64,000 nucleotides of DNA. Source: Yuukianura sp. NJ FZ-2021. Lineage: Eukaryota. The DNA is taken from contig CM102286.1 of NCBI GenBank assembly GCA_046563655.1, positions 5,642,001 to 5,706,000 on the forward strand. Direction: 5' to 3'. Each line of letters begins with the position of its first letter. The stretch's first letter is position 1. Of this stretch, positions 1 to 11,857 are shown piece after piece. The notes under the pieces are model-generated. The model saw only the letters and a program-made list of their open reading frames with translations. It was not told the DNA's origin and did no database searches. Made by a program: the position numbers and the translations under genes.

Positions 1-291
1 ATAATACAATGGCCTCTCTGCATAATACAATGGCCTCTCTGTATAATACAATGGCCTCTCTGCATAATACAATGGCCTCTCTGCATATTACCATGGCCCA
101 GTTGTATAATACCACAACGTCATTACATAATGCCGAGTTTATTCTGTACAACATAGCGAGTTTGCGAGAGTAAAGTCTAGACTTTGTCAATGTCACGGGA
201 ACTTACTCCGTGAGTACACCTTGCAGAGTTCTTCCTCGGGATTATTTCCCGCAGGTAACCTTCCTTCGAGAGTCAGATCATCGTCAATACG

Positions 292-480
292 ATGGTCACG
301 TTGTATAATACCATGGTCACATTGTATAATACCATGGTCACGTTGTATAATACCATGGTCACGTTGTATAATACCATGGTCACATTGTATAATACCATGG
401 TCACGTTGTATAATACCATGGTCACGTTGTATAATGCCATGGTCACGTTGTATAATACAAGAACCTCACTGCATAATACA
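292..480. repeat. 21-bp tandem array (ATAATACCATGGTCACRTTGT)n; mirrored at ~1952..2140
   Basis: Directly visible; gives the 7-aa periodic ORFs (MVTLYNT)n. Confidence 0.95.
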
Positions 481-609
481 ACATTTTTTGTCAATTTTAC
501 ATCCAACCACCACCACCACCACCACCACAACCCCAACGTGCCCACCCATGCAAAAGTATAAATAGCGACGTTGACTTGCTCATCTCCCTCGAATCATTTT
601 ATTTTATTG

Positions 610-1167
610 CACTGAACTTCAGTCAACTGCACTGGACTTTTCTCAAACTGTTTTGTAATTTCAGTCAACTACACTGGACTTTTCTCAAACTGTTTTGTAA
701 TTTCAATCAACTGCATTGGACTTTTCTAAAACTGTTCTGTAATTTCAACCAATTACACTAGACTTTTCTCAATTGCCGCGGTATTTCAGTCAACAGCACC
801 GGACTTTTCTCAAACTGTTTTGTAATTTCAGTCAACTGCACTGGACTTTTCTTAAACTGTTTTGTAATTTCAGTTAACTGCACTGGACTTTTCTCAAACT
901 GTTTTGTAATTTCAACCAATTACACTGGACTTTTCTCAAACTGTTTTGTAATTTCAACCAATTACACTGGACTTTTCTCAAACTGTTTTGTAATTTCAAC
1001 CAATTATACTGAACTTCAGTCAACTGCACTGGACTTTTCTCAAATTGTTTTGTAATTTCAGTCAACTACACTGGACTTTTCTCAAATTGTTTTGTAATTT
1101 CAACCAATTACACTGGACTTTTCTCAAACTGTTTTGTAATTTCAACCGATTACACTACTTTTCTCAA
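610..1167. repeat. 42-bp tandem array (CACTGGACTTTTCTCAAACTGTTTTGTAATTTCARYCAAYTR)n; mirrored at ~1265..1822
   Basis: Directly visible; gives the 14-aa periodic ORFs (LHWTFLKLFCNFSQ)n. Confidence 0.95.
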
Positions 1168-2321
1168 TCGCCGGGGAGTTTTTACCCTATGTCAAATTGG
1201 AGTTGGACGCGCTAACTCATGTTAGCACGTTGTAGCTAAAAAAGTAGTAAAAACTCCCCGGCGATTGAGAAAAGTAGTGTAATTGGTTGAAATTACAAAA
1301 CAGTTTGAGAAAAGTCCAGTGTAATTGGTTGAAATTACAAAACAATTTGAGAAAAGTCCAGTGTAGTTGACTGAAATTACAAAACAATTTGAGAAAAGTC
1401 CAGTGCAGTTGACTGAAGTTCAGTATAATTGGTTGAAATTACAAAACAGTTTGAGAAAAGTCCAGTGTAATTGGTTGAAATTACAAAACAGTTTGAGAAA
1501 AGTCCAGTGTAATTGGTTGAAATTACAAAACAGTTTGAGAAAAGTCCAGTGCAGTTAACTGAAATTACAAAACAGTTTAAGAAAAGTCCAGTGCAGTTGA
1601 CTGAAATTACAAAACAGTTTGAGAAAAGTCCGGTGCTGTTGACTGAAATACCGCGGCAATTGAGAAAAGTCTAGTGTAATTGGTTGAAATTACAGAACAG
1701 TTTTAGAAAAGTCCAATGCAGTTGATTGAAATTACAAAACAGTTTGAGAAAAGTCCAGTGTAGTTGACTGAAATTACAAAACAGTTTGAGAAAAGTCCAG
1801 TGCAGTTGACTGAAGTTCAGTGCAATAAAATAAAATGATTCGAGGGAGATGAGCAAGTCAACGTCGCTATTTATACTTTTGCATGGGTGGGCACGTTGGG
1901 GTTGTGGTGGTGGTGGTGGTGGTGGTTGGATGTAAAATTGACAAAAAATGTTGTATTATGCAGTGAGGTTCTTGTATTATACAACGTGACCATGGCATTA
2001 TACAACGTGACCATGGTATTATACAACGTGACCATGGTATTATACAATGTGACCATGGTATTATACAACGTGACCATGGTATTATACAACGTGACCATGG
2101 TATTATACAATGTGACCATGGTATTATACAACGTGACCATCGTATTGACGATGATCTGACTCTCGAAGGAAGGTTACCTGCGGGAAATAATCCCGAGGAA
2201 GAACTCTGCAAGGTGTACTCACGGAGTAAGTTCCCGTGACATTGACAAAGTCTAGACTTTACTCTCGCAAACTCGCTATGTTGTACAGAATAAACTCGGC
2301 ATTATGTAATGACGTTGTGGT

Positions 2322-2478
2322 ATTATACAACTGGGCCATGGTAATATGCAGAGAGGCCATTGTATTATGCAGAGAGGCCATTGTATTATACAGAGAGGCC
2401 ATTGTATTATGCAGAGAGGCCATTGTATTATGCAGAGAGGCCATTGTATTATACAGAGAGGCCATTGTATTATGCAGT
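2322..2478. repeat. 21-bp tandem array (CAGAGAGGCCATTGTATTATR)n; mirrored at 1..~110
   Basis: Directly visible; shares the TTGTATTAT core with the other 21-bp array. Confidence 0.95.
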
Positions 2479-2991
2479 GAAGTTGTTATATTACGTTAAA
2501 AATTCATGCGAATTGAGGGCTGGCGTCCAAGGGCTGGCGTCCAAAGACTGGCTTCCAATGGCTGGCTCACACGGCCCAAAGGCTCCCGCAGGACTGGGCT
2601 TGATAAATCCAACGCTGTAGCCATGAGGTGTTCAAGCGTTTCAGCTTGACTACTTTGTACTCTGTAGCCATCTTTTAAAATATTGGGGGATCTGGAAAGT
2701 TGGATAGCGGTCTTGATACTGGAGAACTTCTGGAGACTTTGATTAGCAAATTCTGAAGTTTTCACGGCGGCCGGGAACGTGGCGTAGTGTATGCGAGTTC
2801 TAAAAAATAGAATCCGGAAGCGTCGTAGTCAGTTACAGACGGCTACATACGGTTTCATACGGTTAGAGACAGCTTTCAAAAGGATTAAACGAACAACTCG
2901 AAACGATTTTCATCAGAAACGATCCTTTTCCAAATTATAGAAAAAGGGTTAAAAGTTCATCGACTACAAAACGACATTCTCGAAATAAACT

Positions 2992-3738
2992 TCAAGCAAA
3001 ATGAGATATTCGTTGTTGACGCGTAGTGTAGAGAACGTCAGGGCTCCACAGAAACTCCCATTGTTTTGCAAGCCAGTTTTCTGAATTTTGAATAAATTCT
3101 TTATGTGCTTCATGAGGAGTTGCATTCAGCATTGCCGTCCACCCCACTTTTTCCAGGATGATGAGTGGATTATTTCGAAGAGAATACGTTGGAGCCAAAT
3201 ATCCACGGGCTAAAGCCGCAATGATAATGTACTTTGCAAACGCCGTTGTATCACAGTTCCAGCCGTTGCATGGTAAGGTATAAGGAGCTTCTTTGCTTCT
3301 GGAAAAGTCATAACCAGGAACTAGGGAATGTGGGTCGGCTGTTGCTTTCTTCCCCTTTCGTAAAATGAATCCAGAACATTGCATGTATTTGCAATAATAC
3401 TTTTTAAATTTTCGGAGTCGCGAAATTTCGTCCATAATTTCTTGCAAATCAGCTGATTTAAATACTCCATCTCCAAACAGTTTTTCAATCATGTAGTCGT
3501 ATTCACCACTATAGTTGCAGCGACTGTGATCGCAAACCCGAGTAACTGGAAGCGCTTTGTACTCTTCGTGAGTTTTAAACGCTGACGAGTTTTGCAAACA
3601 AATTGGAGTTATATAAAATCCAGGACACTTTTCTGGGCGCCTTTCCCACGGAATACCTCTTACTCGGAGAGCAATTTCATGCTTTACCTCTTCCATCTTT
3701 TGAGAATGGCTATGGAGTAGGAATGTTGTAATTTCCAC
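2992..3738 (-). CDS. Hypothetical intronless Cys-containing protein (~235-248 aa), no family recognised
   Basis: Long non-repetitive ORF in AT-rich DNA with normal globular composition. First ATG gives MEEVKHEIAL. Confidence 0.55.
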   Translation of the reverse strand: MEITTFLLHSHSQKMEEVKHEIALRVRGIPWERRPEKCPGFYITPICLQNSSAFKTHEEYKALPVTRVCDHSRCNYSGEYDYMIEKLFGDGVFKSADLQEIMDEISRLRKFKKYYCKYMQCSGFILRKGKKATADPHSLVPGYDFSRSKEAPYTLPCNGWNCDTTAFAKYIIIAALARGYLAPTYSLRNNPLIILEKVGWTAMLNATPHEAHKEFIQNSENWLAKQWEFLWSPDVLYTTRQQRISHFA

Positions 3739-3961
3739 TACTAAGTTCAGAACTGATGACTTCTAGATTCAGAGTTCACTGTTTAAGTAGTCCTCGAAAC
3801 AATGCTTGAATGAATTTTAAAAAATTTTCGAAAACCGTTTATTCTTGTGAAAAGTATTGTTTCAAGAACTTTTTTAAGCCTTTACTGAAAAATTCAAAAA
3901 TATCAATAACATTGACCCCAGTCTTGTATCTAAGTACTTGTAACTTCTTAACCACAAGCGT

Positions 3962-4032
3962 TGACCCGTGTGGTATTCGAACAAGCGACCGCCGAGAAGT
4001 AGTTACAAGCACTTAGACACTAGGCTAGAGTC
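3962..4032 (-). pseudogene. tRNA-like sequence (degenerate tRNA or SINE head)
   Basis: Minus strand GACTCTAGCCTAGTGTCTAAG...GTTCGAATACCACACGGGTCA has A-box-like and B-box-like (GTTCGAA) motifs and GACTC/GGGTC acceptor-type pairing. Anticodon and T stems are poor. Confidence 0.4.
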
Positions 4033-4292
4033 AATGTTCGAGATTTCTATGAAAAAATTCCAATACTTGTGTTTTGACTTTTTTGTTGTCGACCTTTTTG
4101 TTGTTGACATTTCGACTTTTCGACTTTTTTGATGTTGAGAGTTTTGAGGGACCCTTTTTTCGGAGGGTTAAAATTGAGAACATTTTTTACCCTTTTTTGG
4201 TGGGCTAAAAATAATTTACCGCGTTGTCCTATTCCCCCTTCTACTGTGATCCGTAGTCAGTCAAACAAACTAAATTAATAACTTTCTTTTAG

Positions 4293-6137
4293 TTCGACAG
4301 TCACATTCGAACTTGCTGAAGTATCTGGTAAAGGAATCGGTTTCGCGTGGAATGCGTTCGGACGTCTGCAACGTTTTCGAACGAGAATGTCTGAAGCGAG
4401 AAATTCCGACAACAGATCTCGACTTTTTCAGAGTCTGGGATTATGACATCTCTGTGATAAAGACGACTTGGTTTGGTCCAGACAGAGCTGCAAAAGTACC
4501 GAAAAGTGAACGATTAAAATGGTTTGAAAAAAGACCTGTACTAAAGCAACTGGTATCATCGTTGGAGGAGGCGTTCAACGCTATTACGCCTGATGCTGTA
4601 GATGAAAGAGTTCGTAGCCCGCAAGCAAACATCGACTGGTTGTTTGTCTCGACACAAATGGTAGGAGGCTAATGATTCGAAGATACCTGGAAGATTCATT
4701 TAAAAAAATTACCGAATTTCTTTGCTACTGTAACTGCTAACTGATGTTTCTTTACTTGGTTTTTATTTTAGCTCACTCGTGGATTTCGAAACATATCTCC
4801 TGAAGGCTGTAAACGATTATGGCAGAATGCCTTGTCCCCGAAGTTTACACTTCCGGTTCACTGGAGCCAACAAGAATTCTCAAGACTGAAGGTGTTTCTT
4901 TTTTTAAATTGTTCAATACAAAATTAGCTTGCTTAAACTAGAATTATCGCTTACTGTCTAGTTCTCTTTTACAGGCATTGACAACGAGGCCTGGAAAGCG
5001 GAATTTCATCAAAATAGCCAAAGAGATGGGACCCAAATTCAGTCCATTTCTTTGCTTGAAGATGTTCGTAAAATATATCCGACCAGTCATAGACGAAGGG
5101 GACAAATCAACGAATGACGAAGAGTTGCACAACCTCTGGAAGCAAGACAAAGTCCAAACTGAATATCTGACTTGCATGGATATGTTCAACGGTTCCTTTC
5201 GTTCTACTGCTCTCTGGCTTAGTCATGCTTATGATATCAACATCACTGAGAAATTCCTACTTCAGCAAAACGAAAAGTACAAAATCGGACCTTTCTCCTT
5301 ATATGAAGATGCACTGTTACTTGTTGTTGATGAAATAATTCAAGCACTTTGTGTCAAGCTTTATTCCTTCAGCGACTTTCTTCCTTGGAGACCAGAAGTT
5401 GCCTGGGCACATCGGATTGACTCCATCAGGTTTCCACATCGCACGGATTCTGGAGGAAAAAATGAATGGTCTGAGTAAGTTGCACTTCATTTGACATTTA
5501 ATATTTGTTCTCGAACGAATTTCTTTGTATTTTGAAAAAAGAATGTTGTTCTTTCCAATTCCAGAGCAGAAGATCGTCTAATCTTGAAGTTGGTAAAGAA
5601 ATACCGCAAGCATTGGCACAATTTTCCAAAACACTTTGTCAATCCGAAAAGAAGTAGAAAGGCCATCCAGTCACGTTACGTCCTGCTCTGCCAGTCTCTC
5701 CGCACGTCCACATTGGAAGAAGTACGTGCATCTTTTTTTTTTCATTTTTCACTGTTCCAACACTCCAGTCGAGAAATTATTACGTGTTATTTTCATTTCA
5801 GTTTCATGCAAGCCGACGCAATGTGATTCGGACCCGGTTCTACTATATGCGGAAAACCTTAATGTTCCTAGAAGAGTTTGATGAAACGCGCAGTAAAACT
5901 GAGTCTGCAACGGATCTGAACGTACCTGTAGTCCACAAGTTGTTCAAAAGTTGTAATGAACGCTTTCGTCAGAACCAAGTTTGTCTAAAACCTTCAAAGT
6001 CCTGTGATATGTTTCCTCAGCCTACACATCTTCAGTATCTGCTACTCCACATTCCGAGATTCTACTTCGTTCAAGCAGTAGAAAAAATACGGACGTTCTT
6101 CAATGCTACAGGTATACCGGCTACTTTACCACCTTGA
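4293..6137 (+). CDS. Multi-Myb/SANT repeat protein, divergent SNAPC4 (SNAP190)-like; spliced, 5' end uncertain
   Basis: Exons ~4293-4660, 4772-4891, 4975-5474, 5564-5721, 5802-6137 join in frame. IDWLFVS...SPEGCKRLWQNALSP...HWSQQEFSRLK...FIKIAKEMG...SPFLCL and WSEAEDRLILKLVKKY..HW...RSRKAIQSRY follow the Myb repeat pattern recalled for SNAPC4. Confidence 0.7.
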
Positions 6138-6299
6138 TTTGAATTACTACTTGTTTCAGACTGACATTTTTTTATAAACCATATAAAGTTTAATTTCTAA
6201 AAACAAAGTGCTAATTTTGACATTATCTAACAAATTGATGATGGCTGAGCTGTTTTTTGAACGTTTGTATGTCGTAACGGGACAATTAAATTGGCTCGA

Positions 6300-7885
<1,586 letters not shown>

Positions 7886-9317
7886 TTAGTTTGAAAACTA
7901 ATTAGCAAAACAATAGTAATTAGTAAGTCACTCACACTCTCTTTACTTTCATGTTTCTAATCCCTTGGAGCTTTTGTTTGTTTTTATTCTGCTGCTAATT
8001 CTTTAAAGGGAATGATGTTCTGAAGATTCCTTTAGACCTTGATGAGATTCCGAGCCGAAGACAACACAAAGACGATGGTCGAGAGGGGGTGAGAAGGAAA
8101 AAACAGAAATGCTTTTTGAAATTTTTCACCCCCACTGCTTTATAGTACTTCAAATAATAGTTTTAGGGGGTGCGATGGCTTATATCCTATGTGGTAAAAT
8201 CAGTGGTAGTTGAATACAAATGAAATTTTACAGTCGACTACACTTGGCTGTGAATTTTTAAGTGGTGGATATACGTTAACATATACCATAGGTGTAAATT
8301 TACACGTTCATGTATTTCTTATGCCTCTGTGCATTAAGTAGCAAATAAGCATGGCAAAATTATGCAGCAATTAACATGCTTTTGCAACTAGCACCTTACT
8401 CTGATTTTCTAGAGAACGAGATCCATCTACTCTGTTAAGAAAAAAAATTGAACTTGAACCTTGAATCATGTTCTGGAAAACTAATTTTTATGATTATAAT
8501 TTGTGGACAGGATACGCTGCATTTATGTTGAAAAGTACCAGAATCAAGTCCCCCTTTGTTTCTGTACAGGATGTAATTCAATTCATGATGTGAATTATAA
8601 TTTGAACTTGAAAAAATGTGCGGTGAGCCCTGAAGGGACAAAGGGAGGCTGGAGGTCCTTGGACTTTAAGGGATGAGGGAGGATCCTATTAAACTTTTGC
8701 TGGGATTTTAAACTTTTGGTTTTACCGTGAAGTAGAAGTTACACTGGAAATTTTTTATGACTTCACAGTACCCTTATACATGTTGTAAAAAATGCCCTTC
8801 AACGGTGATGTTTTTTGTTTTGGTTTGTCCTGGGGCCTTAAATTAAGGGCAACAAGTAACACAAGGTCAGTGTTCGAGCTCGGTGCTGTTAAAGCTAAGA
8901 AGTGCTTCTCAAGTACTTTGAAAATCAACAGCTTTTGGCGTATACATAAAAATTAATGCTTTACATCAAAATGCAAGGACTCTGCAATTATAAAAAAAAA
9001 TGCTAATAAAATGTTTACAAAATTTGTGCAAGTAACGATTCACAAACGTGAAATCTTATCTATTGATTTCAGTTCACATAAATATTAAAACGAGCAGAAA
9101 GTGTAAAACGAGGTAAATATTTGGCAAACTCATCGTGCATTGTCATTTTTGTTTCATAAAGTTTAATAAGGCTTTCCATTTCAAAATAAAAACAAAGTTG
9201 CTTGTTCATATCGTAAAGCTTTTCAGCAAATCACAAACTAATTATGTCCAGGTACAAGTTAACATCGAATTCAAGAAAACAATTGAAGATTTAAACCAAT
9301 TGAAAAGTCGTAGGATA

Positions 9318-11857
9318 TTATTCGTTTGGCTCCGATTCTATCCTGGTTAAGGCCCCGCAGTTACATTTGCTCTCTGGCTTTCCAGAAGGCGCTAAAGGCA
9401 AGAAAGCCGCAAGAATTCTTCCCAGAATTGATGGCTTTTCAACCACCACCGCTTTCTCTCCAGAACGCACACTTTCTCCTCCGCATTCCTCAGCATTTCC
9501 GTTGTCCAAAGAGTCGGTTACCAAAGATAGTTGAACATCTTTGGTCGATTTGGTTCTAGGAAATGCCGACCTGTCATCATAAAATAGCGGCCTCAACTCA
9601 TGAACTTCTGCGAGGGCACAGCAGGGACAAATGGTCGCTGACTTCTCGTACTCTTCCATGCTGCGGGAATTGTAAAATGGATTTTGCGTTTCGGTGCAAA
9701 TCATTGTTGGAATTCTTGGAGTTAGCATGTGATACGACGGTGTGTTGTAAATCTTTTGATAAATTTCTTTTGCAGCAGTATTTGCCGTTTGACTCAAAAG
9801 TGCTTCAATTTCATTTCGAGCCATTCCAGTTGTGTCCTTGTGACGGTCTGAAAGCCTAAAGAAAGTCAATGTACCCGTTTAAAAAGTTTCAAGGACCCAA
9901 CTTCATATATTATTCGAAGTACAGAAAAACCTCTCGTATAGCAACTCACTCTAATACGGTAAACTCTCCATTAAATGGATTAGACGATGTTTCACCAAAA
10001 GCCTCGACAATTTGTATCTTCCCTCCGAGCTTAATAGTTTAAGGGCTCCCGCCAAAAACTTAGGTTTTACGCTTTCTCGCGGAAAAATTGGTTGCTATAA
10101 GAGAGGTTGTACTGTAGTAGTAAATTACCGTACCGAATGATCCATGTTACGATGGGAAAAGTAATAGCATTCATGGGAAAAGCACGAATGAGAAGCGACG
10201 GTAGCGTCCGTGTGAAAACTGTGTAACCCTCTGACGCATAAGTTTTCTTGGCACAGTCCCAGATTCCATTGTACTTCCCTTGAGTGTCCGACTGGAATCG
10301 GGTCTTAATGACATCCATTGGAAAACATGCCAACCATGAAGTCACGCCTGCCGTACCACCGCACATCATCATTCCCAAAGTGCCAAGCTGTCCATCTAGA
10401 GTGACAAGGAGCATTTAATGACGACTCGAACACAAAGAACTCTTTCTTGGTTGAATTTGCAACTCATTTCATGATATTTACCAGAACTTGTGAGGATACG
10501 CCGTTTCTCTAAGAAGTGAGTAAACATTTCGTATGAACCAAAGTAAGCTCCGAAACCCGGGATTTCTCGAAGGAGCGTAATCAACCAGCCCTTGAAAACT
10601 CCCGCTTTGACTCCATGGGCGTCATAAATACTTTTGAGGACTGTGAAACTGCTTGGCTGCTTCCCAGTCGACTCGTTCAACTGCATTCGGATTTTGACTA
10701 GCTCCATTGGCGAGCAGACGAGAGACTGCACTGCTCCAGCCGCTGACCCTGCCATAGCTTGAGCCCATGCAGACTTGTGTCCGTTGACAAACGGCTGGAG
10801 ACATCCGTAGACTCCGAAGACAAGTGCATTCACCAAGGAGACGCCGTACAAGGGAGAAGTTATTCCGCGGTACAGCCCTGCAATCTTTCAAAAAACATGA
10901 ATTTCTTGTTTGAAAAGAAGATATATTTCGGTCGAAGAATTTAGTTTTTACTTTTTGGGTTTTGAATTAAATGCACATGAATTGTTAGTTCTCCTATGCG
11001 AAATCATCATTCATCAGTTTGTTTTTAGAACTCATGTAATTTATTAAAATACAAAAATAAATTTTTAGCAAAGGTTTTAGTTGCAACATACCGATTCCTG
11101 TCTGCCAATTGTGACCAATGCATGAAACGTCCCTTTGTAGCGTACATTGTCGGCAGTTTGTGTCTGGAGCCTTACCTAAAATAACAATACTATGGTGAAA
11201 ATTAAGCGAATGTTTTTTTTTCATTAACTTTGTTATCCCACAAAAAGCTAGTTTTTGAAAACGAACTTCATTCTACACACAGCAGCTTTCTCCAATGACT
11301 TAATCAATGATTAATCAATCTCAATGACCTAACCTTACTTACGAAATCTTATTTCGTGGAGCCCAATTGCCCAATTGTAGAGAAATTGTAAATTATTAAA
11401 TTTGCCGTTTTTTTTTTAGAATTTTTTTTTTTTGAAGAAGAATAAAGTATAGAGATTAGTAGAGAAATACCGTTGTAGTAACAAAAACTTAGAAACTCTA
11501 AAAACTTACTTTCACTGTATCCAGCGGATGTCCTACAATTACAGCAGCACCGCCTGAAAAAGAAAATTCGAAGTCACGTAAATCATACAAAGAAACATTA
11601 ATTAAAAATTAAATTAAAAACTACACAGTAATTAATACTCAATTGGTGAGAATATTCACGAATTTTTCCAGCCTGAATTGTTGAAAAAACGAAACTTTAT
11701 TTTTTGAAGTGATTTCTTCAACCTTTTTTTTTAATAGTACTGTGGACTAGGCAATTGTACTATGCAATGTCTTCATACTAAATCTTAAATTCGAAAATAG
11801 AAAAAATGTGATTAGTAAATCACCTCCTATGCATCCAGCGATAAAGTCCGTCGCCAT
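9318..11857 (-). CDS. Mitochondrial carrier, SLC25A29/SLC25A45-like, with long C-terminal extension (spliced)
   Basis: MATDFIAGCIG-GAAVIVGHPLDTVK-VRLQ, and two further carrier signatures PMELVKIRMQ and PMDVIKTRFQ; GLYRGITSPL; LIRAFPMNA. Confidence 0.88.

Larger units (their letters stand above)
1..2431. repeat. Giant near-perfect inverted repeat (arms 1..1185 and 1247..2431, 61-nt spacer 1186..1246); left arm truncated by the window edge
   Basis: Position i pairs with 2432-i: ORFs 221..565(+) and 1867..2211(-) translate identically. Only one mismatch noticed (1148 vs 1284). Arms carry two 21-bp arrays, a (CCA)n run and a 42-bp array. Confidence 0.97.

Noticed and set aside
292..1167. CRISPR-like array
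   Set aside because: Units are head-to-tail with no unique spacers, there are no cas genes, and the context is eukaryotic.
1186..1246. PacBio SMRTbell adapter as the cause of the palindrome
   Set aside because: The spacer does not resemble the adapter sequence. Other fold-back artefacts are not excluded.
2150..2250. Hammerhead ribozyme in the hairpin cluster
   Set aside because: No CUGAnGA/GAAA core in the required arrangement.
221..2620. Periodic ORFs inside the palindrome (MVTLYNT, LHWTFLKLFCNF, poly-His/Thr/Trp)
   Set aside because: By-products of stop-free 21/42-bp repeats; they occur in several frames and on both arms.
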